DNA of 57,248 nt from sequence record DRR378314_1411. One strand, 5' to 3'. Position numbers and translations under genes: made by a program. Positions 39,717-49,585 of this stretch are shown in pieces. How positions within the stretch are numbered: the stretch's first letter is position 1; each line of letters begins with the position of its first letter. Below the pieces are notes generated by a model. It made no database searches and was not told where the DNA came from. It worked only from the letters and a program-made list of their open reading frames with translations.

Positions 39717-40923
39717 CAACGTTTGCTTTAAATGCTTGTATTTTTTGATTCAGATTCTTTAGTTCGGTTTCGGTCACGTACTGTTTGGCCTTCAGTTTTG
39801 AAATCATGGTCATCAAAGTTTTTACTTCTTTTAAATCAGTATTGCTTCTAAGAGAGAGATTCCTCAAAAATGTTTCGTCTTCCAAATTTTGGGTAGAAAC
39901 ATGCAGTTTGGATCTGATGTATTCCAAAAAGTAATCAATTTTATGTTTGGTTATCAAGGGCAGTTCCCCTTTTTCAAAATACATATCGGCAATGGTACGC
40001 GTAAATGCCAAGGTCTGATTTTTTAAAGGGGTTACAACGGGAATTGCTCGCTGTTTTCGTTTCCCTTCAAAAATTATGTAAATGAGGGCTCCGATAAGCA
40101 CAAGATAGTAGGCCCACTTGAATTCTTTGGTGTTCAGGAACAGGTACATGGGAGAGGTGTAAAAGGATTTTCCCGATTTATGGAAGTTATCCATATAAAT
40201 TTGTTCATTTTTATCCAGATAGGATATAAGGCCAGCTGTATACTCCTGATTGTTATCCTTTAGGATAAAATAGTTGGTGAATGCCTTAGGAAAACTGATC
40301 AATATGATCTCTCCCTTCCCAAAAGCTTGCTTTATGGAGTTTATATGTTTGGTAGTGGTATCCGTGCTGTCCGATTTGGCATAAACTTGGCCGAGAACCG
40401 TTGTGCGCAAGGTGTCCAATCGATCAAAACTGGTAGTGTAATAGTCCTTGGTAAATTGAACTCTTTTATGCTTGATTTTCGGATTGACCAATTCATAATA
40501 AAAAAGAGGCTCCAACTGTTCATCATTATAAACGTTGGTCTGTTCCAAATGCAGTGTATCCAATAATTTTTTCTCAAAATAGTCCGAGGCGACAAAAAGG
40601 GTATTGCCTTGGTCCACCCACTCCAAAAGGGCATTTAATTCGGCCTCTTCAAAAGAGACAGTTTCGTTTACAAAAAAGTAAGTTCCTTTAATGGAGTCGG
40701 CACGTCTAAGGAGTTCAAAAGGAGGTTTTTGGATCTGCAGCACGTTATTGGGAAAATACTTTTCCATTAAATCGTTCAATATGTAAGTGCCATAGGGTAT
40801 TTTATGATGGGATACATACGAAGGATACCAATTGATTTTTTTTGGCTTGTTGTATTCCATAGCAAATATGGCCGCCAGGGTCAAAACACCGATTGTTATA
40901 TATACCCACCCTTTTTTAGACAT
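39706..40923 (-). CDS. DUF4350-like membrane-anchored protein
   Basis: N-terminal TM, KIPYGTY, WVDQGNTLFVAS, second TM followed by KRKQRAIP; position in the MoxR operon. Confidence 0.75.
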   Translation of the reverse strand: MSKKGWVYITIGVLTLAAIFAMEYNKPKKINWYPSYVSHHKIPYGTYILNDLMEKYFPNNVLQIQKPPFELLRRADSIKGTYFFVNETVSFEEAELNALLEWVDQGNTLFVASDYFEKKLLDTLHLEQTNVYNDEQLEPLFYYELVNPKIKHKRVQFTKDYYTTSFDRLDTLRTTVLGQVYAKSDSTDTTTKHINSIKQAFGKGEIILISFPKAFTNYFILKDNNQEYTAGLISYLDKNEQIYMDNFHKSGKSFYTSPMYLFLNTKEFKWAYYLVLIGALIYIIFEGKRKQRAIPVVTPLKNQTLAFTRTIADMYFEKGELPLITKHKIDYFLEYIRSKLHVSTQNLEDETFLRNLSLRSNTDLKEVKTLMTMISKLKAKQYVTETELKNLNQKIQAFKANVDGK

Positions 40924-41647
40924 GGGCTATCGATTTTTTTAAGGATACAAATACAACTTCGGCTTTCTCGTATCTGGATTGGTCCAGGTCAAATTCTCCG
41001 TACCAAACATAATCATAGAGCATGGTGGCTTTTCCAAAATCAATTTTAAGGTTGCTTTCGGAAAGTTCTTTCAGATATTCATCATTGGTTTTTTGCTGTT
41101 GCCAATCTATCATTCCCCGTTCCGATAGCAATTGCAAGATATATAAGTAATAGTATCGAACGGCAAGTCGATAGTTTTTATCAACCAATGCATTTTTGAT
41201 CAATTGCTGAATATCCTCATTTTTGATGATGTGCTCATCTTCGGACAGTGAAACCACATTTGGATTCTTTTTGTTTATGCCCATCCCTTGCATATTGGAT
41301 TTGATAAAAAAACGAATCACCAGATACAGGAACAGTGCTAGGAGCAAATAAGGGAGAATCTCTAAAAACATCGCCAAATAACCTTCGGCATTGCCAACAC
41401 CAAAGATCCATTCAAAAAATCGACGTAACATATTGTAGAACCAATTGGTGATATCGGTCCACCAAGTGCTTTCTGCTGTTACCTCTTCATAATTAAAGGC
41501 ATCATCTCCCTTATAGGTCTCAAGGTCTTCTTGGTTAAATGCAATGGGTTCAATATCCGATTCATCATATTTGACAATAGAATCATTTTGGGCAAAAAGA
41601 ATTGTCCACGATAGTATTAGGTATGATAAGATCAATTTCTTGTGCAT
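40916..41647 (-). CDS. DUF4129-like membrane protein
   Basis: YRLAVRYYYL, KTNDEYLKEL and YDYVWYGEF. Confidence 0.75.
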   Translation of the reverse strand: MHKKLILSYLILSWTILFAQNDSIVKYDESDIEPIAFNQEDLETYKGDDAFNYEEVTAESTWWTDITNWFYNMLRRFFEWIFGVGNAEGYLAMFLEILPYLLLALFLYLVIRFFIKSNMQGMGINKKNPNVVSLSEDEHIIKNEDIQQLIKNALVDKNYRLAVRYYYLYILQLLSERGMIDWQQQKTNDEYLKELSESNLKIDFGKATMLYDYVWYGEFDLDQSRYEKAEVVFVSLKKSIAHV

Positions 41648-42538
41648 CTATTCCTCTGAAGATTTTCCAAGGCTTTCAATGCGCTCAAAAGTACCCGTAA
41701 AATTTTTCTTTTCGTTGAGGTTAAAAAATACAAGGGAAGTGCCTACCAGTAATATAATATTCATCAGAAATTGAACCAAGCTACTAAGAATATTCAACAA
41801 AAGGTAGATCGGGTCGCTGAACAAGTTCATGTTTTCTGCATCCATCTCGCCCGAGAATATGCCCATTTTTATCCAAGTGTAAATTACTCCCGGTAAGCTA
41901 AAGGCATATGTGGCAATCATCACGATAATATATATCACAAAAAGTGTAGCGAAGGTAATCCACCAGTTTTCTTTGATCAAGGTAAAACTATATTGGTAAG
42001 ATTCCATAGTGTCTTTTTTAAGGAAAACAAGAATGGCGAAAGAAATAGAAAGTGGAACAGCCAGATAAATACCGGGTATTAAACAAAACAATGCCCCGAC
42101 AAATACTGATAATCCGACTAGAATACCCAAACCGATAAGGGACCAAAAAGATCCATAAACACCCTGACGGATCTCGTCAAAATTTGTCTCGCCTTTATGG
42201 TCTATGTACGATTTGATATAGTATAGCACAGTTCCTTGCGCCAGCACATAGGCGGCTATGGAACTTAACATCAATGCGAGCACAGATATGACCATGATAA
42301 CTGGAGAAGCCCAATTAACTGTTCTATTTCCGATAGTGGTGAGGTTAAAAACATCGCCGATCGTATACATATAAAACCCCATGGAAATCAACATCACTAA
42401 AATATAGGGTCCCACAATTTTTAAAATGGTTCCGAAAAAAGGTTTGAACTCATTACGTATAAAACCGAAGGAATCGGAAAGGATTTCGCCCAATTCGCGC
42501 TGCTTTTTAAACTCGATGTAGTTATTGGTTGTCTGCAT
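41648..42538 (-). CDS. Conserved multi-pass membrane protein of the MoxR operon
   Basis: RELGEILSDSFGFIR N-terminus; about 6 TM helices; LIPGIYL. Confidence 0.75.
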   Translation of the reverse strand: MQTTNNYIEFKKQRELGEILSDSFGFIRNEFKPFFGTILKIVGPYILVMLISMGFYMYTIGDVFNLTTIGNRTVNWASPVIMVISVLALMLSSIAAYVLAQGTVLYYIKSYIDHKGETNFDEIRQGVYGSFWSLIGLGILVGLSVFVGALFCLIPGIYLAVPLSISFAILVFLKKDTMESYQYSFTLIKENWWITFATLFVIYIIVMIATYAFSLPGVIYTWIKMGIFSGEMDAENMNLFSDPIYLLLNILSSLVQFLMNIILLVGTSLVFFNLNEKKNFTGTFERIESLGKSSEE

Positions 42539-43493
42539 GGGTGGTTTTTCTATGGATTTGATTTGGATAAATAACGTAATAATATATGATCAAGGACAAC
42601 GAAGCCAATATGATGAAAATTGCCAGCCAATCGGGCATTTCGGTATGTCGGGTAACAAAACCTTCCAAAAAACCTGCGATTATAAAGAAGGGTACCGTAC
42701 TCACCATTATTTTAAGCCCGTTTTTAACGCCTCTTTTAAAGGATTCCAATCGAGTATAAGTACCGGGAAAAAGAATGCCATTGGTTAATACAAGTCCAGC
42801 ACAACCCGCAATTATGATTACGGAAATTTCGATGGTTCCATGAATCCAAATGGTGCGTGCCGACTCCCACAAAAGTCCTTTCTCATAAAAAAAGTACTGA
42901 AAACTCCCCAGCATAATACCGTTCTGTAGCATGATGTAGAGGGTTCCGACCCCTAAAAAAATACCAAAGGCAAAGGCATAAATGGCTACCTTAATATTGT
43001 TTATGGTAATGCCCAAAAACATATTGAAGGCGCCCTGTTCTTTGTAAACTGCCATGGGATCTCCTTTTTCAATGTTCTCTAGTGTCATGTTCACATAGCC
43101 ATTGCCCAAAATGGAACGCACAAAGTCCCCTTCGTTTGCAGCGGAGAAAGCTCCCACCGCAGCGAAAAAAGCAAACACCAAGAACGAAATGAGTAATTCC
43201 CGATGATGTTGTTTGAACATTGTTGGGAACTCCGTTTTCCAAAAATGAACAATACGGTTTCTGGATTCCCGTTTGGTCTTATAGATTTTTTGATGCGCTT
43301 GGGAGGCAAGGGTATTCAAATATATCTGGGTATTGCTCCCAGGGTAAAAAGTCTTTGCGTAACTCAGGTGATCGGTGATCTCAATGTAAAGATCTGAAAG
43401 CTCATCAGGATGAAGTTGCCCTTTATTGATCAGGGCATTTTCAAAAGCGGCCCATTTATCCTTATTTTGCCTAACAAAAGCGGCCTCGCGCAT
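42522..43493 (-). CDS. Stage II sporulation protein M (SpoIIM/DUF95) family membrane protein
   Basis: MREAAF, ITINNIKV, IWIHGTIE and AGFLEGFVT. Confidence 0.88.
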   Translation of the reverse strand: MREAAFVRQNKDKWAAFENALINKGQLHPDELSDLYIEITDHLSYAKTFYPGSNTQIYLNTLASQAHQKIYKTKRESRNRIVHFWKTEFPTMFKQHHRELLISFLVFAFFAAVGAFSAANEGDFVRSILGNGYVNMTLENIEKGDPMAVYKEQGAFNMFLGITINNIKVAIYAFAFGIFLGVGTLYIMLQNGIMLGSFQYFFYEKGLLWESARTIWIHGTIEISVIIIAGCAGLVLTNGILFPGTYTRLESFKRGVKNGLKIMVSTVPFFIIAGFLEGFVTRHTEMPDWLAIFIILASLSLIIYYYVIYPNQIHRKTTHADNQ

Positions 43494-43528
43494 TACATCC
43501 AGTGGTTTGTAAGTAAAGAAACTAAAAT

Positions 43529-44245
43529 ATGGAACAATTTCAAATAGAAACGGCCCAAAATATAACCATCAATCAGAACACCTCCCATCTGGGTGAGCGC
43601 ATGTTGGCCTATATTATTGATAGCTTCATTATTTTGGTCTACACTATTCTAGTGGTCCTTTTCTTGTTTTCAGTGGATATCGATATTGAAGATCAATGGG
43701 CATTTTATTTGATACTTATGTTACCCGCTTTTTTCTATTATTTGCTTTTAGAGACCTTAATGGATGGTAAAACCATTGGGAAAGGTGCAATGAATCTTCG
43801 TGTGGTGAAATTGGATGGGTCAAAACCTAATTTTGGCAACTATTTTGTTCGATGGGCACTTAGAATTATTGACGTGAGTCTTACTTCGGGCGGCGCTGCT
43901 GTCTTGGCTATTTTGATTCGGGGAAAAGGTCAACGAATCGGTGATATTGCTGCAGGGACCACGGTCATCAGTGAAAAAAAACGAGTGTCATTAAAGGACA
44001 CTCTGTTAAGGGACTTGCCCGAAGACTATAAGCCAACATTTCCACAGGTTACTGTTTTTAAAGACCAAGAAATGCAAACCATTAAAGAATTGTATGATAA
44101 ATCCAAATTGAGCGGAAATCACAATGTTATTGTCTCATTGGATAAGCGTATCCGTGAAGTATTGGGTGTGCAGACTACCTTACAACCTATAGAATTTGTG
44201 GACGTGGTAATCAAGGATTATAACTATTTTACCCAAAAAATGTAA
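43529..44245 (+). CDS. RDD family protein
   Basis: ERMLAYIID, GKTIGK..LRVV and QRIGDIAAGTTV. Confidence 0.92.
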   Translation: MEQFQIETAQNITINQNTSHLGERMLAYIIDSFIILVYTILVVLFLFSVDIDIEDQWAFYLILMLPAFFYYLLLETLMDGKTIGKGAMNLRVVKLDGSKPNFGNYFVRWALRIIDVSLTSGGAAVLAILIRGKGQRIGDIAAGTTVISEKKRVSLKDTLLRDLPEDYKPTFPQVTVFKDQEMQTIKELYDKSKLSGNHNVIVSLDKRIREVLGVQTTLQPIEFVDVVIKDYNYFTQKM

Positions 44246-44247
44246 AT

Positions 44248-44859
44248 ATGCTGTTACAAACTGTGGATATTCTGGGTACCGTGGCCTTTGCCATTTCAGG
44301 GGTTTTGGTCGCAATGGAAAAGAAATTGGACTTGTTCGGGGTACTCATCATTGCATTTGTAACCGCAATCGGGGGTGGTACCCTTAGGGATTTATTGATT
44401 GGAAATACACCGGTTGGTTGGATGCGGGACCTCACTTACGTCATCACCATTTTTATTTCGGTGGTGTTTGCCATCATTTTTGTGAACAAGCTCAAATACT
44501 TGAGAAAGTCTTTGTTCCTGTTCGATACTATAGGTATTGGGCTTTATACCATGGTTGGTATAGAAAAGGGTTTAGAAGCCCAACTCTTGCCCATTATGTG
44601 TATTTTTTTGGGAACCATGACCGCCTGTTTTGGAGGTGTTACCCGCGATATTTTATGCAATGAAATCCCGGTGATCTTCCGAAAGGAAATTTACGCTACT
44701 GCATGTATATTGGGAGGAGCCAGTTACTTCCTCTTTATGCAATTCCCGATTAAGGATAGCTATGCCTATGTGGCAGCCATTTTTGTGGTCATCATGTTAA
44801 GGTTGATTGCCGTTAAGTTTGATGTTCGCTTGCCCAACATCTACAAAAAGGAAACATAA
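44248..44859 (+). CDS. Trimeric intracellular cation channel (YadS/UPF0126) family protein
   Basis: GTVAFAISG, TAIGGGTLRD and TACFGGVTRD internal repeat. Confidence 0.92.
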   Translation: MLLQTVDILGTVAFAISGVLVAMEKKLDLFGVLIIAFVTAIGGGTLRDLLIGNTPVGWMRDLTYVITIFISVVFAIIFVNKLKYLRKSLFLFDTIGIGLYTMVGIEKGLEAQLLPIMCIFLGTMTACFGGVTRDILCNEIPVIFRKEIYATACILGGASYFLFMQFPIKDSYAYVAAIFVVIMLRLIAVKFDVRLPNIYKKET

Positions 44860-45016
44860 AGAATCCTTCCCTAACTTTTTTGCAATAGTATTTAGTTGTT
44901 GCTTAGTGCAATTAATCTCACATTAATCTTTTTTACGTTTTTATTAATAACATCCCTACGGGTATAAGATTACATTGGCTCTCAAGCAACCTAAATAACC
45001 AATCAACTAAACAGGT

Positions 45017-46162
45017 ATGAGAACATCACAATCACTGATCATTACATTTTTAGGGTTGATTTCTTTTATTGGAATCAATCAGGCAAGCGCTCAAGGCTGC
45101 GTTGCCATCAGACATTTTTCTTCTTGTGTGGGGAACACTTTGGAAAATAATTTGTTGGGGCCAGGGGACATTCAAATTGGAAGTAATTACAGGTATTTCA
45201 AGTCCTTTCGTCATTTTAGGGGAACCGAGGAAGAACCAGATAGGGTATCGAACGACACAGAGGTTATCAATCATTCGCACTCATGGGATTTCTTTTTGAC
45301 CTACGGTATATCGGATAGATGGTATGCCAGTATTACCATTCCTACCGTAATCAACACACGTTCTTCCTTATATGAACACGGCCGCGATGAACGCAACACC
45401 ACTTTTTCCAGAGGCTTGGCCGATGTTCGTGTAGGGGTGGGGTATTGGTTGTTTGACCTAGAGAAACACCAAAACGGAAATTTGGCCTTGGGATTGGGGC
45501 TCAAGATACCAACGGGCAGTTATAATGCATCCGACATATTTTATAATGTTGGGCCCGAAGGCGGGCCGCAGACCAGACCCGTGGACCAGAGTATCCAACC
45601 GGGTGATGGCGGTTTTGGAATTACCTTGGATTTTCAGCTTTACCAAAAGATTGCCGAGCGGTTCTTTGCCTACGCAGGAGGTTTTTATTTAATCAACCCC
45701 AGAGAAACCAACGGAACCCGAACCTTTAGGGAAACGCTGAGCCCCATTTTAGAAAACGAAGCGATTATGGCCGTTCCAGACCAGTTTTCCTTTCGTGCAG
45801 GGGTGAGCCATAGTTTGAGCAATACGATTTCAGCATCCTTGGGTGCGAGCTATGAAGGTGTTCCAGTAAAGGATCTTGTTGGCGGGAATGAAGGTTTTAG
45901 AAGACCTGGGAACGTACTTTCCATTGACCCTGGAATCGCTTTTATGAAAGATAATTTCTCTTTGAACCTAAATGTGCCGTTTGCCGTAAGAAGGGAGCGT
46001 CCACAAAGTGTTACCGATTTGGAAACACAACAGATTACAGGAGAGCCTAGACAAGGAGATGCAGCTTTTGCCGATTATTTGATCAATGTAGGAGTGTCCT
46101 ACCGATTTGCAAGAAACAAGGTGAAAGTGAACCCAGAACTCATGAATGAATTCAAAAATTAA
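45017..46162 (+). CDS. Putative outer-membrane beta-barrel transporter (MetA-pathway/SphA-like)
   Basis: Signal peptide then QGCVAIRHFSSC; GLADVRV, GLKIPTG and SIQPGDG motifs; amphipathic strands ending VGVSYRF. Confidence 0.65.
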   Translation: MRTSQSLIITFLGLISFIGINQASAQGCVAIRHFSSCVGNTLENNLLGPGDIQIGSNYRYFKSFRHFRGTEEEPDRVSNDTEVINHSHSWDFFLTYGISDRWYASITIPTVINTRSSLYEHGRDERNTTFSRGLADVRVGVGYWLFDLEKHQNGNLALGLGLKIPTGSYNASDIFYNVGPEGGPQTRPVDQSIQPGDGGFGITLDFQLYQKIAERFFAYAGGFYLINPRETNGTRTFRETLSPILENEAIMAVPDQFSFRAGVSHSLSNTISASLGASYEGVPVKDLVGGNEGFRRPGNVLSIDPGIAFMKDNFSLNLNVPFAVRRERPQSVTDLETQQITGEPRQGDAAFADYLINVGVSYRFARNKVKVNPELMNEFKN

Positions 46163-46173
46163 ACCTTTCGCAA

Positions 46174-46665
46174 ATGAAGATATCTTCCAAGGATAGATTG
46201 ATTGCAATTTCGGTGGGCTTAGTCTATTTTTGGTTTGGGGCGTTAAAATTTGTCCCGAACCTTAGTCCTGCCGAGGATTTGGCAAAAAACACCATTCACG
46301 AACTTACTTTTGGGTTAATTCCGGAAGAGTTTTCCCTAATCCTACTTGCCATTTGGGAGGTTGGCTTGGGGTTTTTGTTAGTTTTTGGACTGTTCCGAAG
46401 GCAAGCTGTTTTACTGGCCTTAGCCCATATGGCCTTCACATTTTCACCCTTGTTCTTTTTTCCAAATGATGTGTTTGGTGAAGAACCGTTATCATTGACC
46501 TTGATTGGGCAATACATCATAAAGAATATAATAATCATTGCCGCTCTTTTATCTATTTATGAAAGGAAAACGTTCCACAAAAAGCACGAAATACCTTTAG
46601 GAAATCAACAGGAGGGACTTATGCAAAGAATTTTAATCCGTAAAAATCTCTTCAAAAGAGGATAA
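46174..46665 (+). CDS. DoxX-like (YkgB/RclC-like) membrane protein
   Basis: VYFWFGALKF..SPAE, AIWEVGLG and TLIGQYIIKNI. Confidence 0.78.
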   Translation: MKISSKDRLIAISVGLVYFWFGALKFVPNLSPAEDLAKNTIHELTFGLIPEEFSLILLAIWEVGLGFLLVFGLFRRQAVLLALAHMAFTFSPLFFFPNDVFGEEPLSLTLIGQYIIKNIIIIAALLSIYERKTFHKKHEIPLGNQQEGLMQRILIRKNLFKRG

Positions 46666-46712
46666 TGTTTTTTTGATCATCATAATTCACTTTTACGACC
46701 TTCATTGATTGT

Positions 46713-47435
46713 TTACAATACTTCAGCCTTTATGATATAAACATTTTGCCACGGCCAATCCCCATCGCCTACGGGAACATTATTTATGGCATCTACCACA
46801 TCCATCCCTTCCACCACTCGGCCAAAGGGTGTGTAGGAACCGTCAAGATGATAGGAGCCTGGGTCGGTGACCACGATAAAGAATTCGTAGGGTGAAGCCA
46901 ATTTATGCGGGTTGTCCCTCTCGCTACTGGGCATGGAAATGGTCCCCCTATGGTGTTTGTGTCCTTTGTTGGCATCAGGTGGAAGCAGGTACCTTCCTAT
47001 TTTTCCACGTTTTCTAGCGGTTTTTCGGTCATCGGAGTTGCCGCCCTGTATAATAAAATCCTTCACCACTCTGTGGAACTGGGTGCTATCAAAATACTTT
47101 TGTCTGGCCAAATAGATAAAATTGGCTTTGTGGTACGGAACATTATCGTACAACTGAACGGTAAAGCTGCCCATGGTGGTGGTGAGTCTAACCTTATCTT
47201 TTTTCAGTTTTTTGGAATAGTCAAAAAAGAAGTCGATGGCGTTTTCTTCGGTGAGCTTAAAAGGTTCTTCTTCCTCTTCTTCCATTTTGGTGGAATCTAC
47301 CGCTACTTCGGTAACGCTGTCCGTGTTTGCAATATTTTCCTGAACTTTGTCTTTGTCCTTTTTAGGGGATTCTCCGCAGGATACGATTAAAAGAAACAGT
47401 ATAATTGTAGTTAAAGCCGATTGTCTCAATAGCAT
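46713..47435 (-). CDS. Cyclophilin-type peptidyl-prolyl isomerase, lipoprotein
   Basis: Lipobox IVSC; FHRVVKDFIIQGG, HHRGTISM and HLDGSYTPFGRVVEGMDVVD. Confidence 0.92.
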   Translation of the reverse strand: MLLRQSALTTIILFLLIVSCGESPKKDKDKVQENIANTDSVTEVAVDSTKMEEEEEEPFKLTEENAIDFFFDYSKKLKKDKVRLTTTMGSFTVQLYDNVPYHKANFIYLARQKYFDSTQFHRVVKDFIIQGGNSDDRKTARKRGKIGRYLLPPDANKGHKHHRGTISMPSSERDNPHKLASPYEFFIVVTDPGSYHLDGSYTPFGRVVEGMDVVDAINNVPVGDGDWPWQNVYIIKAEVL

Positions 47436-48075
47436 GGATTTTAATGAATTTTCTCAACTTGCTCTAAAATTAAAAAATCTCCCACTTCCAGGGGAGGAAT
47501 CCCATCATAAAATGTCCCCGCAACTACGTGTTCAGTGGTTGAAAGAGAACAGAGTGCAAGATATGAAACCGAAGAGGGCAGGGGTTATGGCATTGTTTTA
47601 TCCCGATGCCGATGAAAAAACACGCTTACTTTTGATTCTCCGAAAAGTGTACCAAGGCGTGCATTCCAATCAAATTGGATTTCCTGGAGGAAAGGTAGAG
47701 AAAGTAGATAGGGATTTGATGGATACCGCTTTGCGCGAAACTCACGAAGAGGTGGGTGTACACCCGACCGAAGTGGAGGTGATCAAAGAGCTGAGCGAAG
47801 TATACATCCCGCCCAGTAACTTTTTGGTTAGACCTTATATGGGCATTTACCCTAATCCCAAGCCATTTATTAAGGAAGAAAACGAGGTGGAAAGCCTGGT
47901 TGAGGTGTATCTCAGGGATTTTTTGGATGATTCCAACCACATTCAAGAAATTTTGAGCACTTCTTACGCAAAAAACATTGATGTACCCGCCTTTAAATTA
48001 AACGGTTACACGGTTTGGGGCGCCACGGCAATGATGTTGAGCGAGATCAAGGAGCTTTTACGACGAGCGCTTTGA
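47434..48075 (+). CDS. NUDIX hydrolase (CoA pyrophosphatase-like)
   Basis: HSNQIGFPGGK..TALRETHEEVG Nudix box and VWGATAM; start moved to ATG 47434. Confidence 0.92.
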   Translation: MDFNEFSQLALKLKNLPLPGEESHHKMSPQLRVQWLKENRVQDMKPKRAGVMALFYPDADEKTRLLLILRKVYQGVHSNQIGFPGGKVEKVDRDLMDTALRETHEEVGVHPTEVEVIKELSEVYIPPSNFLVRPYMGIYPNPKPFIKEENEVESLVEVYLRDFLDDSNHIQEILSTSYAKNIDVPAFKLNGYTVWGATAMMLSEIKELLRRAL

Positions 48076-48114
48076 TGCTATTTTGTAAATTTGCCATCTA
48101 AACCAACACTGTAC

Positions 48115-48936
48115 ATGGGGCTGTTTAAAAAAAATCCTTTTGGTCATATTTTATTTTTAAAACGATGGCTGATTCGTATTGCAGGTATGATGACACACCA
48201 ACGATACAAGGGATTCAATACTCTGGAGATCGAAGGTTCGCAGATTATTCGTGACCTGCCCGAAAACAATGTTCTTTTTGTAAGCAACCACCAGACCTAT
48301 TTTGCCGATGTAGTGGCCATGTTCCACGTGTTCAATGCCAGTTTAAAGGGTAGGGACGACAATATTAAAAATTTAGGCTATCTATGGAATCCCAAGCTAA
48401 ATATCTATTATGTAGCGGCCAAGGAAACCATGAAGAAAAGCTTGCTCACCAAAATTTTGGCCTATGCCGGATCTATTAGTATTGAAAGGACATGGAGGGC
48501 CGATGGTCAAAATGTGAACCGACAGGTGAAGTTCAGCGATATATCCAATATAGGAAAAGCTTTGGATGATGGTTGGGTAATAACCTTTCCACAAGGGACA
48601 ACAACACCATGGAAGCCATTGCGAAAGGGTACGGCACACATCATTAAAAAGTATAAGCCCGTGGTGGTCCCTGTCGTAATTGATGGATTCCGTAGGTCTT
48701 TTGACAAAAAAGGACTCCGAGTTAAGAAAAAGGGAATCTTGCAATCTATGCAAATAAAGGAGCCGTTGGAAATTGATTACGACAATGAATCCATTGATGC
48801 AATCTTGGAAAAATTGGAGTATGCTATTGAACAGCACCCTTCTTTCCTAAAAGTGATTTCCCAAAAAGAATTGCTTGCCTACGAAGAGGAAAACCAAAAA
48901 AGGCGTTACAGCTATAAAGGCAAGCTGGATGGGTAG
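48115..48936 (+). CDS. Lysophospholipid acyltransferase (PlsC-like)
   Basis: SNHQTYFAD and TFPQGT motifs; ATG 48115 lies downstream of a TAAATTTG box at 48086-48093. Confidence 0.88.
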   Translation: MGLFKKNPFGHILFLKRWLIRIAGMMTHQRYKGFNTLEIEGSQIIRDLPENNVLFVSNHQTYFADVVAMFHVFNASLKGRDDNIKNLGYLWNPKLNIYYVAAKETMKKSLLTKILAYAGSISIERTWRADGQNVNRQVKFSDISNIGKALDDGWVITFPQGTTTPWKPLRKGTAHIIKKYKPVVVPVVIDGFRRSFDKKGLRVKKKGILQSMQIKEPLEIDYDNESIDAILEKLEYAIEQHPSFLKVISQKELLAYEEENQKRRYSYKGKLDG

Positions 48937-48937
48937 G

Positions 48938-49582
48938 TTAAACCTCCAACCTTTTGAGTTCGTTGTAGTTCTTTCTCAACTTTTTCAGTAAGATACCATA
49001 AAGGAGTTTGTAAAATAGCCAAATAATAAACAATACGGCAGCGGTAATTGCAATCGAAGTTATGATGATGAGTGCCCAAAATTCCGTGCTGTCCCCATCT
49101 TGAGCGGCTACCTCAGCTAATTCCCGACCCTCTGGTGTATATAACAAAACCCCGTAAGCATAAATTATCGCACTTATTGTAAAAATGATAAGATTGAACC
49201 AAACATACTGTGTTACGGTACGTTTTACCTTTAGTATGGTTCGCATCAAATTCCTGGACGAATCCGTAAATGATATTTTTCTGTAATTGATATAAAACTT
49301 GTAGATAAAATAAAGAATAATGGCGTAGTTGATGATATTGAGACCCATTACCACTTTATAGATATGCATGGCCTTGAGCTCTTCCATGGTCTCTGGGCCG
49401 CTAAAAATTATATTGACACCTGCCCAAAAGACAAACTCTATGATGCTTATGTAGAAAATCCATTTAACTATGGAAGATGACTTTTTTTTGGTCATCGGAT
49501 AGATTTGCTCATAGGACAGTTTGGGAAGGTCTACTTCCCGCTTCTGCCAGTCTTTTTTCAAGAGCTCCAGTTCATCCAACAT
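48938..49582 (-). CDS. Four-TM membrane protein, candidate anti-sigma partner
   Basis: Directly downstream of the ECF sigma; LKKDWQ N-terminus, four hydrophobic helices, LYGILLKKL. Confidence 0.7.
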   Translation of the reverse strand: MLDELELLKKDWQKREVDLPKLSYEQIYPMTKKKSSSIVKWIFYISIIEFVFWAGVNIIFSGPETMEELKAMHIYKVVMGLNIINYAIILYFIYKFYINYRKISFTDSSRNLMRTILKVKRTVTQYVWFNLIIFTISAIIYAYGVLLYTPEGRELAEVAAQDGDSTEFWALIIITSIAITAAVLFIIWLFYKLLYGILLKKLRKNYNELKRLEV

Positions 49583-49585
49583 ATA

